In this document: positions 37,701 through 46,491 of the stretch, one piece after another
Position numbering within the stretch: the stretch's first letter is position 1
Layout: the number at the start of each line of letters is the position of its first letter
Assembly: GCA_021801225.1 (NCBI GenBank)
Contig: JAJYYF010000012.1
Span: 58,656-122,655, forward strand
From: Candidatus Micrarchaeota archaeon
Lineage (GTDB): Archaea > Micrarchaeota > Micrarchaeia > Micrarchaeales > CABMGC01
DNA: 64,000 bases
Direction of reading: 5' to 3'
Program-made: the position numbers and the translations under genes
The notes under the pieces: model-generated
Database searches by the model: none
Seen by the model: only the letters and a program-made list of their open reading frames with translations
Told to the model about the DNA's origin: nothing

Positions 37701-40700
37701 CTAAATTAAGTTCTACAATTTCAGCAAGTAATGACTCTATAGCTCCTAATCAAGAATCAACATTAACAAGTAGCATAACTGGTGGAACACAACCATACTC
37801 ATATCAATGGTATATGGAAACACCTGGAACAACAAACTTTGTTCCTATCAACGGCGGAACTTCAAATACTTTTAATTTCAACTTAAACTCAATGACCTCT
37901 TCTGGAAATTATGAGTTTATTTTATCAACTACAGATAGTGCATCAACACCAGAAACAGTCAACTCAATAAGCACTTCGATTACAGTAACTCAAGCCTTTA
38001 CATCACCAAAATTAGTTCTAGACATAAACGCTAGTATTAAAAATGATCCTGACAGCGGTAATATAGGTTACTGGGCTTTGGATAATATTACAAGAAACAT
38101 ACAAGTTTGGCAAACAACATTGAGAACTCCAACAACATACAACTCTTACACATCAAACATAATTGACAATGGCATAGCAACTACATTTGCGGGCGCAGTT
38201 AGTCCAGGAAGTTTAACTCCATACGAAACAAAAGAACCATATAATGGAGTAGCTACATTAAAAGGATTTGATCAAATAACATTTACTGGAACGTTTACTC
38301 CAGGTTCTTATCCTGTTTATACAAATGGCCAACAAGTAGCATCATTTAACAACGAAGGAACTGCTTCATATATACTTTTAGGCAACTATTCTAATCAAGG
38401 TAAATCTGCGTACACTCCAGCTTCAACATTTAATCATTATCTAAACGAGTACTTTACATTAGAACCATCAACAGGTTATAACTTCCAAATATGGGGTGAT
38501 ACATATACTTACTCAGTATATCCTCCAGGCAATCAAGTAATGACAGACAATAGCATATCAAACCCTGCAGTAACTGGCGATATAATAACATATCAAGTAC
38601 CTACAGTAACTATGTCATTAGCTAACGCAGAAATTATTGATTATGGTCAAACTGAGTCATACTCTGCCAGCATATATAATGGAATAGGAAACTTCCCTAA
38701 TACAATTTTATATCAATACGGTTCAAATACAATACCAACAACAATAGACTGTTCAAGATCCTTACTCGGAGTAGGTTGTTCTGGAGCAGGTACATTCATA
38801 CCTATAAATTCAGTTAACATAGGTGCCAATGGCTTAGGAAATATAAATGGAAATACAGTTTCATTTGGATCTTTTACGCCATCAATCGGAACAGATACAT
38901 ACTTTGTATCTGCTTTTGACGGTGGAACATCCCCTCCTAACACATACTCATTCATATCAAACACAAATACAATATATGTCTATCCAGATCCAACAGTTAC
39001 AACTAATATAAACAAACCAACATCTTTGGACTTAGGAAGCAGTATAACAGTATCTGCAGTAACATCTGGAGGAACTGGTAAGTTCTCTTACTCATGGAGT
39101 ACTACTGGAACATGTCCTGGATTTACTTCATCTACAAGTAACTCATTTACATACACACCAACTGGAGTAACAAATAACTGTGTAATTAATGTATTAGTCA
39201 CTGATATTGGAGTATCTCCTAATGCCTCACCATCTGAGTATTCAGTAGCAACAGCATCAACACAAACAATAACAGTCAATCCAGCATTATCCTCACCTCC
39301 AGTTTTAGTTAGTGGTAAAAGTTTTGATCAAGGAGAAACAGTAGAAATAACAACCGGTTCGGTACAAGGCGGAACACCACCTTATACTTACAACTTCCAA
39401 GTAGAGAATAAGAACCTATCAAAATTATTTTTCACATGTACACAAATAGCATCTGGAGTATGTACATTTACAGCAACTCAAACGGGAATTTATAATGGTA
39501 CTTTATCCATAACAGACAGCGCAACAATACCATCTACTGTATACAACTCAATTCCATCTTATGCAGTAAATCCTGATTTCGGATTAGAAGGAGCTTCAAC
39601 TTCCACAAATACTTTAATTGATTCTCAAATAACTCCAGTGCTAATCACTGCAAATATAATAGGAGAAGGTGGAACACCACCTTATACTTATGACTTTACA
39701 GTTCAAAATGCAACAACAGGTAAAACAGTTTTCACCGAACAAACTCAAAACTCAATGCTAGGAAATAGTATAGTGTTTAATCCACCAAATAATGGTATTT
39801 ACCAAGCAACAGCAATTATATATGATAATGCAACTCCTCAAGAATATATACAGTCCTCATACTCAAAAGCGTTCTTAGTAGGTTCTGCTGGCGCACCAAC
39901 AGCTGTAATAACACCTTCTAAGTATGTAGTTGATAGTGGTTACACCGACAATCTAACTGCACAAGTCTTTGGAGGCGTAGGTCCATTTAATGTTGAGTTC
40001 TATAACATATCTGGCCAAAAGCAAATAGGTTCTAATGTAACTATACAATCACCTGGAGGATCTAACTCAATAAGTTTCACTACAAACACTTCGTATTCAT
40101 TAGGTCTAAGTTTTAAGATAATAGTTACAGATGAACACACAGGTGTAACATTCAACTCACTTCCAAAAGAAGTAATAATAAACCCTGCATTAGGTTCAAA
40201 CCTTACATTATCAAACTCAACAATTGATATTGGACAACCGACTGTATTATCAGCAACAATACATGGAGGAACACCACCATACTCATTCACATATGAGATA
40301 AATGGCACAACTGCAGGAGAAAACAGCAATGTAATGGCAACCGATTCATCAAATGTATTAATCCCAACAATAAACACATTTGTATTATCTGGAAATATTA
40401 TAACAAAACCTGGTACATACCCTATAAATGTTCTCGTTCAAGATATTGCAGGTGGTTCAGAAGTATTATCAAATACATTAGTAGTGAATCCTGCAATGGA
40501 ACCTACGATATTAAGTATAACTCCAAACTCATTAACTACTGCACAATCAGTATCACTTTCAAGTACGAGCGAAACATACGGAACGTCACCTTATCTGTAT
40601 AACTTTGAAATAATAAATACAACTACAAACACAATACTCGTTTCTTCAGGTTATCAAACATCAAATACCTTTACTTCTTCAGCATCAAAACTAAAAGGAG

Positions 40701-41536
40701 GAAACAACGCAGTTGTTATAGTTAAGGATTCAGCAGGAACAACATCAACTTCAAATGTAATAAACTTTAATGTAAGTCAAGCAACTACTACAACAACCAC
40801 AACACCACAAAACACCGGAGGATCTCCAGGAGGAGGTGGTGGCGGTGGAGGAGCTTCAGGCGGAGGAGGCGCAGGAGGTGGAACACCACATCCAACAGTG
40901 CTTAACTTCACTAATGCAACAGATACAGGTTATGGGGTAACAAACTTTGCAGTTCCTGCTACAACTTCAGTCACTAAATTCAATGCAACATTTAACTTGC
41001 TTATGAACTTCATCTCACCAACGCAGGTAGGAGTATCAATAAATGGAAATCCATACACACTGCAGCTTAAAAACCAATCTGTATCAATAGGTACGATAGA
41101 TGGCAATGCATATTATGTAGAGTTATCTGCAATATCATACTTGCCATTGCAGAACACAGCAACAATTTACCTATACACCTCTACACCAAAGAGCCCTAAC
41201 ACAAACACAAAGTCTTCAAACAACACAGTTAATCCAAATACGCCATCGAACGTAACAACAAAATCAAATGTAACAAACAACACAAAATCTGTCAACACAA
41301 CAGTTAATACAACATCAATAAAAACTACAACAAAACAAAATACAACATCAAACACATCTAATCAATCTGCACAAACAAATAATACAAATACAACACAAGG
41401 TACTGCACCAACAAACATCAATGACAACTCTGGTTTGTACACCGCATTAGGAGCAATAATAGTAATCATAATAATTCTAGGTATACTTTACTACTTCTTT
41501 AGTAGTAAAAAGGTACCAATAAAGAATAAAAAATGA
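34748..41536 (+). CDS. giant cell-surface protein (~2,262 aa): signal peptide, about 20 Ig/PKD-like beta-sandwich repeats, one unique ~200-aa insert, Gly linker, PHPTV module, N/T stalk, C-terminal TM anchor
   Basis: Single ORF with signal GIFLVMALMSIMFIGFVSANS. Repeat hallmarks recur: (I/M/L)D(V/L/Y)GQ(S/N)... then GG(T)(P/Q)PY(S/T)Y(Q/N/D)(W/F). The C-terminus is SGLYTALGAIIVIIIILGILYYFFSSKKVPIKNKK. Confidence 0.9.
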   Translation: MENKGILKNKGIFLVMALMSIMFIGFVSANSVLFSSNSPISNSFEVGQTVSGMISISGSAITGINSFAPPNLTFTSNSPDVNTAIETCNAKGYSTSPTFVSNTVTFYCPVTFTTSGSYNAVVSYKFNDSTTTSNTVSNTIDFYVNPAPSISFNLYPSPYPNSTSNIFDEGQTVTAQISYLGTPEELSISNLMFKSASSDLFSLNSNGCSVIHTIIICPITFNSVNFATPSTITAYYTDEYGVSTSNTISLTVDPLSISATPTNQNLDVGQNSLIALNINEASGSDNRYVISNSLSYNGANIISNSILTNSSPTNYIFTPNQPGTYNAIFTITDTTTHYSVSTSSNWTVYSKPVVNIAVSNALNSDNSYSTDAGQFLTFHISSTGGTGAPIKVYLNCDPTSIGTFLDCYGSNFYFDSTSHGPYALVLLNSVNGFSNTISLQTINSPASDVNITGTFKDTGTSSSGTPKEFGLNQINFNTVQTLFGTPTPTTSNTVLDQGQFTYISTIGAGQGGVLPYIWTWFNSYNNSAYSKTSTTICPTNSGKSTTTNTNILTATCGFQTSTSTSPGSYNFKVNTTDAANFSLFSDPVLVTVNKALSISASASNTQIDVGQSSLLTNITEGGTGPYSYQWSEETPGTNTFTNITGATSATYNFVTTPTTSIGTYNFELFVKDSATTPVTKTSTPVSIIVNPDPTVSITPKTNTIMDVGQSVTFTATATSGTPPYSYQWYSISGGSNTIIPGSTSSTYKYTPDQSTAISLGVKITDNANFITYSTNIANITVYSMPTISVQSPSNTFMDVGQSTTLVSSVSKGTGKFSYLWTVSPPGSLIPSCSGLVSSDSNTIIYTPSSDTSCTAQVAVTDIGTSSYATPVITVTGIFTPITVYPTPTLSELTPSNAIIDLGQSETFNVIINGGSNKDMSLALYQSPENNVIGNGVTGAGDGVQTFPNFVPSLSENTFYVNGLDAGVTTPFDIPPTNLIHIQINPKLSSTISASNDSIAPNQESTLTSSITGGTQPYSYQWYMETPGTTNFVPINGGTSNTFNFNLNSMTSSGNYEFILSTTDSASTPETVNSISTSITVTQAFTSPKLVLDINASIKNDPDSGNIGYWALDNITRNIQVWQTTLRTPTTYNSYTSNIIDNGIATTFAGAVSPGSLTPYETKEPYNGVATLKGFDQITFTGTFTPGSYPVYTNGQQVASFNNEGTASYILLGNYSNQGKSAYTPASTFNHYLNEYFTLEPSTGYNFQIWGDTYTYSVYPPGNQVMTDNSISNPAVTGDIITYQVPTVTMSLANAEIIDYGQTESYSASIYNGIGNFPNTILYQYGSNTIPTTIDCSRSLLGVGCSGAGTFIPINSVNIGANGLGNINGNTVSFGSFTPSIGTDTYFVSAFDGGTSPPNTYSFISNTNTIYVYPDPTVTTNINKPTSLDLGSSITVSAVTSGGTGKFSYSWSTTGTCPGFTSSTSNSFTYTPTGVTNNCVINVLVTDIGVSPNASPSEYSVATASTQTITVNPALSSPPVLVSGKSFDQGETVEITTGSVQGGTPPYTYNFQVENKNLSKLFFTCTQIASGVCTFTATQTGIYNGTLSITDSATIPSTVYNSIPSYAVNPDFGLEGASTSTNTLIDSQITPVLITANIIGEGGTPPYTYDFTVQNATTGKTVFTEQTQNSMLGNSIVFNPPNNGIYQATAIIYDNATPQEYIQSSYSKAFLVGSAGAPTAVITPSKYVVDSGYTDNLTAQVFGGVGPFNVEFYNISGQKQIGSNVTIQSPGGSNSISFTTNTSYSLGLSFKIIVTDEHTGVTFNSLPKEVIINPALGSNLTLSNSTIDIGQPTVLSATIHGGTPPYSFTYEINGTTAGENSNVMATDSSNVLIPTINTFVLSGNIITKPGTYPINVLVQDIAGGSEVLSNTLVVNPAMEPTILSITPNSLTTAQSVSLSSTSETYGTSPYLYNFEIINTTTNTILVSSGYQTSNTFTSSASKLKGGNNAVVIVKDSAGTTSTSNVINFNVSQATTTTTTTPQNTGGSPGGGGGGGGASGGGGAGGGTPHPTVLNFTNATDTGYGVTNFAVPATTSVTKFNATFNLLMNFISPTQVGVSINGNPYTLQLKNQSVSIGTIDGNAYYVELSAISYLPLQNTATIYLYTSTPKSPNTNTKSSNNTVNPNTPSNVTTKSNVTNNTKSVNTTVNTTSIKTTTKQNTTSNTSNQSAQTNNTNTTQGTAPTNINDNSGLYTALGAIIVIIIILGILYYFFSSKKVPIKNKK

Positions 41537-41603
41537 TTAATATTTAATAGTTTATTTTCTTTTATTTTTAATTTTTAAAATTTTACTATTTAATTTTTTT
41601 CCA

Positions 41604-41620
41604 AGCAAAACCTTATATAT
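41604..41620 (+). promoter_or_regulatory. candidate BRE/TATA promoter (AGCAAAA-CC-TTATATAT) for the 41681 gene
   Basis: A purine-rich element followed by a TATA-like octamer lies about 60 nt upstream of ATG 41681. A similar CAAGCAAA element precedes the 44271 gene. Confidence 0.3.
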
Positions 41621-41680
41621 CTGATTAATTAAAGATAATTGTGGATATTGGGTTTACTCAATAATATTTTAGGTTGTAAG

Positions 41681-44134
41681 ATGAAATCGAATATATTTTT
41701 TATGTCTGTTTTGACGAGCATTTTTGTAATGTTTGTCTTTTTGTTTAATGTTGGTTATGTAGGAGCTGCTTCTGTAGTTTCTCCTAACGTAGTGCCATCA
41801 AATGTTTTATACTATGTTCCAATAACTGTAACAGCTAATGGTCCAGTAGTCGCTAACGCACAAGTAATGTTTACCTTCCTAAAAAATAACTATTTAAGTT
41901 ATGAAAGTCACAACCTACAAAATATAGAATTCTTTTACTCAAATGGAACTATAATTCCATCTTGGCTTGAAGGAGAATCTCTTAGTCCTTCATTAAGCTC
42001 TTTATCCGTATCCTACTGGTTAAAAATAGTAAATCCAAACTTCTTACCTTCAACAGGATCTACAAATACTGTTTATATGGGATTTGGTTCAACATCAACA
42101 AACTTCTTTAATGGTAATACAGTTGGTGAATCACCTATACTATCATCATCTTATGGAGAGTATGATAACGGAGCAAACGTTTTCAGTTATTATCAATCAT
42201 TCGGAGGTTTATCTGGAAACTCTTTGCCTACCGGATGGACAAGTGTTAATAATAAAACAGGTGGCCAGACAAGCGGTTTAGCTTTAAATACAACTGTCGT
42301 AAATAATCCTTCAAATACAGTAATTTATGTTTCTGGAAATGAAAATGGTTGCGGTTGTGGTATCTTTGAAAACGCGTTACCATCAATGAGTCCTGGAAAC
42401 ACAATAGAATGGTATGGTAATATATTCAATAATCAGCCAGCAGGTACCTTTGCAGGTTTAGAATCAATTCCATCTGGACTTCCTGTTCCTTTATATACTT
42501 GGAACTACGAAACCGGCGATGGAACAACAAAACAAAATATAGCTGCGTTTAGTTTAGGTGAGTACTTAACAACTCCAAATCAACCTGGAAACTTATCAAC
42601 AGGTCCTTATCTAGACGGTGGTCAACTTACTTCATTTACAGATTCAAATACAAATAAAATATACGGAATACAGATAAACTCAGCAACATCTTTCAATGCG
42701 CTTGTTAATTACATTAGTTATGGTCAAGATACCTCTGAAAGTTTAGGATCTCCTTCATTGTTCGTGTTTTCAGTTGGACTTAACCCAGCAGGCGTAGTTC
42801 ATTCATCACCTCAAAGTATATACTGGTTAAGAACAAGAACAAATACTAAAATGCCTACACTTTCATTCGGTTCTGTATATCCATCTCCAATGGAAGCAAA
42901 TATAGTAGAATCACCAACATTAGTATACGATGGATCTACAATTTCACTAAATGCAACTGTATCAGGGGGAGTATCTCCTTATACATACAACTTTATAATA
43001 TACAATGCAACCTCTGGTAATGTATTAATTAATACGCCTACGGGACAAAATAACAATACACTTGCTAATCCAATAAAGATATCTAATACTGGAAATTATT
43101 TAGCACAAGTCGAAGTAACAGACTCAAGTTATCCAGCAAATCAAGTTGTGTACTCTGCAAATGTTCCATTCAATGCAATTCCATTTAATGGAATAGTTAT
43201 AACAACAAATACGCCTATCATAGATTTTGGTCAAACAGTATATCTTACTGTAAACGACATAAATCCATTGAATAATGGTAAAAACAACAACTTCGATTTA
43301 TTCATAAACGGAAATAACATTAATTCCGGTGCTTCATACTCAAACTTTCCAATATCAAATACAGTAGTTCCAACAACAACCGGCAACATAGTATACACTG
43401 CTCATGGAATTATGGTATCACCTTTTGAGTATCCTACATTCTCGAATAGTGTTGTAGTTACTGTAAATCCAGCATTAAGTATTTCAGCAGCAAACTCTGG
43501 ATCATCAATAACTACTGGTTCTAGTGAGACATTAACAGCTACAGTTTCTGGAGGAACACAACCATACTCATATCAATGGTACTCAATAAGCGGTAGTTCA
43601 AACACAATTATATCTGGAGCAACTTCAAGTACATATACTCCAAGCACATCAACAACCGGAAGCTTCAGTTTTGGAGTAAATGTAATAGATGCAGCAAATG
43701 CAGTAGCATATAGTAATCCTATATCCTTTACAGTAACATCTCCTCCTACAACTACCGTCAGCAGTGGAGGATTTATTCCAACTGGAGGTCCAGCACCAAC
43801 AACATCATTAACAACAATTCCTCCTGCAGTACCACCATCAACAACACCTCCGACAACAACTACAAAAACTATTGTAAATACACAGCCTTCTAATACACTA
43901 AATACAAACACAACGAACAAAACAAAAACATCAACAAACGCATTAAACACAACAAACAAAACAAAGAACGTAACTCCTGTAGTCACAACTACCGTGGCAA
44001 AGGTAGTAAACAATACGGGTTTCCCATGGTGGATTATTTTATTAATAATCATAATCATAGTCCTGTTATTGTTGTACTGGTACATGAGAAAGAAAAAACA
44101 CGCAAAGCATCATTCTGCAAAGCATAACTCCTAA
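41681..44134 (+). CDS. cell-surface protein (~817 aa): signal peptide, DUF2341-like module, YGEYDNG lectin/LamG-like module, Ig/PKD-like repeats, P/T stalk, C-terminal TM anchor
   Basis: I prefer the start MKSNIFFMSVLTSIFVMFVFLF (ATG 41681) over GTG 41639. Motifs are YYVPITVTANG...VSYWLKIVNP, SSYGEYDNGANVFSYYQSFGG, IYWLRTRTNTKMPTLSFG and GGTQPYSYQWYSISG. The C-terminus is TGFPWWIILLIIIIIVLLLLYWYMRKKKH. Confidence 0.85.
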   Translation: MKSNIFFMSVLTSIFVMFVFLFNVGYVGAASVVSPNVVPSNVLYYVPITVTANGPVVANAQVMFTFLKNNYLSYESHNLQNIEFFYSNGTIIPSWLEGESLSPSLSSLSVSYWLKIVNPNFLPSTGSTNTVYMGFGSTSTNFFNGNTVGESPILSSSYGEYDNGANVFSYYQSFGGLSGNSLPTGWTSVNNKTGGQTSGLALNTTVVNNPSNTVIYVSGNENGCGCGIFENALPSMSPGNTIEWYGNIFNNQPAGTFAGLESIPSGLPVPLYTWNYETGDGTTKQNIAAFSLGEYLTTPNQPGNLSTGPYLDGGQLTSFTDSNTNKIYGIQINSATSFNALVNYISYGQDTSESLGSPSLFVFSVGLNPAGVVHSSPQSIYWLRTRTNTKMPTLSFGSVYPSPMEANIVESPTLVYDGSTISLNATVSGGVSPYTYNFIIYNATSGNVLINTPTGQNNNTLANPIKISNTGNYLAQVEVTDSSYPANQVVYSANVPFNAIPFNGIVITTNTPIIDFGQTVYLTVNDINPLNNGKNNNFDLFINGNNINSGASYSNFPISNTVVPTTTGNIVYTAHGIMVSPFEYPTFSNSVVVTVNPALSISAANSGSSITTGSSETLTATVSGGTQPYSYQWYSISGSSNTIISGATSSTYTPSTSTTGSFSFGVNVIDAANAVAYSNPISFTVTSPPTTTVSSGGFIPTGGPAPTTSLTTIPPAVPPSTTPPTTTTKTIVNTQPSNTLNTNTTNKTKTSTNALNTTNKTKNVTPVVTTTVAKVVNNTGFPWWIILLIIIIIVLLLLYWYMRKKKHAKHHSAKHNS

Positions 44135-44143
44135 TTAATTGGA

Positions 44144-44195
44144 TTTTATTTTTTTTATTTAGTATTTTTCTTATTTTTTCTTATTTTTTACTTTT
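44144..44195 (+). terminator. cluster of oligo-T tracts after the 41681..44134 gene
   Basis: The sequence is GATTTTATTTTTTTTATTTAGTATTTTTCTTATTTTTTCTTATTTTTTAC, with four runs of T5-T8. Confidence 0.4.
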
Positions 44196-44233
44196 AATCT
44201 ATATATAAAATTTATTAGAATAATTTTTATTCA

Positions 44234-44250
44234 AGCAAATTAATAAAATA
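44234..44250 (+). promoter_or_regulatory. candidate BRE/TATA (AGCAAAT-TAATAAAATA) about 25-30 nt upstream of ATG 44271, implying a leaderless or near-leaderless transcript
   Basis: Called from spacing to the start codon and similarity of the CAAGCAAA element to the one at 41602..41610. Confidence 0.3.
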
Positions 44251-44270
44251 CTTTATATTAAATTTACCTT

Positions 44271-46439
44271 ATGCATAAAAATAAAATTAAGAAAAAGGAG
44301 GTCCATGGCCAATCAGCAATGGAGTACTTGATGACATATGGTTGGTCAATTCTTATAGTTGCTATTGCTCTTGTTGCACTATTTGAGCTAGGCTACTTCA
44401 ACGCAAATAACTTTTCACCAAGTGCTTGTTTATCACAAGTAGGATTTTTATGCACTAATCCAATTTTAAACTCTACTGGTAATCTTACTCTTACTGTTGG
44501 AAATAACGGCGGCCAAGATCTTGTCATAACGGGTTTGGGCTGTTCAAATTCTTCAACAGTACCAACAACATACTCTCCTGTTTTACTTACATTAGGACAA
44601 GCTCAATCAAAACAAATTACTTTTGAGTGCCAATTAAATTCACAAAGTATTGGTTCTTCATTCAAAGGATCACTTTGGCTTCAATTAAATAATGGTCAAC
44701 AAGAAATGTTAGGCACAGTATCTGCTACTGCATCAACAGGTACGCCTGTCGGTCAACCTGGTAGCAATGGCAACGGTATTTTTTATTTAGTCAATACTGA
44801 AGGTGGGAATTCTGATTTCGGAAATATAATAAAAATAAATATAAATAACGGAACTATACTTAGTGCTATAGATTCGCAGAAATCACCATTTGATGATGAT
44901 CCAGTCGGTATAGCTTTATCTGGTTCATATGCATATGTTTCAAATAAATATGGTGAAAATATTCCTGTAATAAATATAAATACAAATCAAGTAATTAATA
45001 ATATCACATCGTCTTCTTTTGGTAATTTATATGGTATTGCAATGTCTGGCAATTATATTTACGTTTTAAACAGGTACGGAAATCAAGGAGCTGGAAACAT
45101 TTTAATAATAAATAAAGCAACTAATCAAATAGTAAATAGTATTTCATCATCATCTTTTCATTATCCTTTTAGTATTGCTACATCGAATCAATACTCTTAC
45201 GTGGTAAATAGATTAGCTGACAATGTAATTATTTTAAATAATGAAACAAATACTATAATTGGTAGTATTACTTCACCTTTTTTCGATTCACCTACTGGAA
45301 TTGCTGTATCTGGTAATTATGCATATCTACTAAACTCAAATGGAGGTTCAGAATCTACTGGAAATCTACTAATAATCAATACTGCAACAAATACAGTTGT
45401 AAACAGCATCTCTTCTCCTGATTTTTATTATCCAGATGGCATTTCAATATCTGGTCAATATGCGTATGTATCAAATTTTCAATCAGGACCTTCAGGATCT
45501 TCGGCAACAACTAGTAATATTATAATAATAAATATACCAACAAACACAGTTGTTGGTAGTATATCTTCAAATTCTTTAACAGTCGGTTCTACTGGAATCG
45601 CTATCTCTGGTAATACAGGATATATCGCAAATATTAATGGAGGTTCTTATAATACTGGAAATATTTTAATATTTAATACTCAAAGTAATAGTATTTTTGG
45701 AAATATAGGGCCATTAGATCAATTAAACAGTCCTACTAGCATAACTATCGAAGGATCAACTGCTTATTTGTCAGGATCTTTTGCAGATAATAACAACATC
45801 TATGTCATAAACCTCCTTAATAACAATATTAAAACAATTGAATCTTCATTTTTAGACGATACGATGTCAATTGCATCGGATAATGGAAATCTCTATGTAA
45901 CAAATTATAAAGGAGGAACTTATGGGGATGGTAATGTTATCATATTAAATTCTAGTACTTATACTCCAGTAAATTCTATTGACTCTCAGTTATTTTTTAA
46001 TCCGACTGGGGTAGCAATATCTGGCCAATACATGTATGTGTTAAATCAATATGGTAACGGAGGTACAAATGGTAACTTATTAATAATAAATACAAAAACA
46101 AATCAAATAATAAAAAGTATTGATTCACAATTATTTCAAAATCCAATAAGTATTACTATTAATTCTAATTATGCTTATATCGTAAATCAGTATGGTGGTA
46201 TTTCTAACTCCGGAAACATTATAATAATGAATATTTCTACAGATCAATTTACCAATAATGGCATATCAAGTCCATTCTTTTCTCCAAAGCAAATTGTAAT
46301 ATCTGGTACCTATGGTTACGTAACAACAACGTCAACAAATCCAGGTAATATTGTTATTATTAATACAACTACCGATCAAATAATAAATTCATTAACTGAA
46401 AATTATTTTGATTTTCCTTTTGGAATAACTTCATCTTAA
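44271..46439 (+). CDS. class III (archaeal prepilin-type) signal-peptide protein fused to an Ig-like domain and an ~11-12-blade YVTN-type beta-propeller (722 aa)
   Basis: The N-terminus is MHKNKIKKKEVHG|QSAMEYLMTYGWSILIVAIALVALFEL: a basic stretch, G|Q cleavage context, then a hydrophobic helix. About 11-12 repeats of roughly 45 aa follow, with the core G(I/V)A(I/V)SG.YAYV.N...G...II(I)N..TN.(I/V). Confidence 0.8.
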   Translation: MHKNKIKKKEVHGQSAMEYLMTYGWSILIVAIALVALFELGYFNANNFSPSACLSQVGFLCTNPILNSTGNLTLTVGNNGGQDLVITGLGCSNSSTVPTTYSPVLLTLGQAQSKQITFECQLNSQSIGSSFKGSLWLQLNNGQQEMLGTVSATASTGTPVGQPGSNGNGIFYLVNTEGGNSDFGNIIKININNGTILSAIDSQKSPFDDDPVGIALSGSYAYVSNKYGENIPVININTNQVINNITSSSFGNLYGIAMSGNYIYVLNRYGNQGAGNILIINKATNQIVNSISSSSFHYPFSIATSNQYSYVVNRLADNVIILNNETNTIIGSITSPFFDSPTGIAVSGNYAYLLNSNGGSESTGNLLIINTATNTVVNSISSPDFYYPDGISISGQYAYVSNFQSGPSGSSATTSNIIIINIPTNTVVGSISSNSLTVGSTGIAISGNTGYIANINGGSYNTGNILIFNTQSNSIFGNIGPLDQLNSPTSITIEGSTAYLSGSFADNNNIYVINLLNNNIKTIESSFLDDTMSIASDNGNLYVTNYKGGTYGDGNVIILNSSTYTPVNSIDSQLFFNPTGVAISGQYMYVLNQYGNGGTNGNLLIINTKTNQIIKSIDSQLFQNPISITINSNYAYIVNQYGGISNSGNIIIMNISTDQFTNNGISSPFFSPKQIVISGTYGYVTTTSTNPGNIVIINTTTDQIINSLTENYFDFPFGITSS

Positions 46440-46491
46440 TTGTTTAGTATTTTTCCAATAGTTTATTATTTTTATATTCCAAAGTAATATT

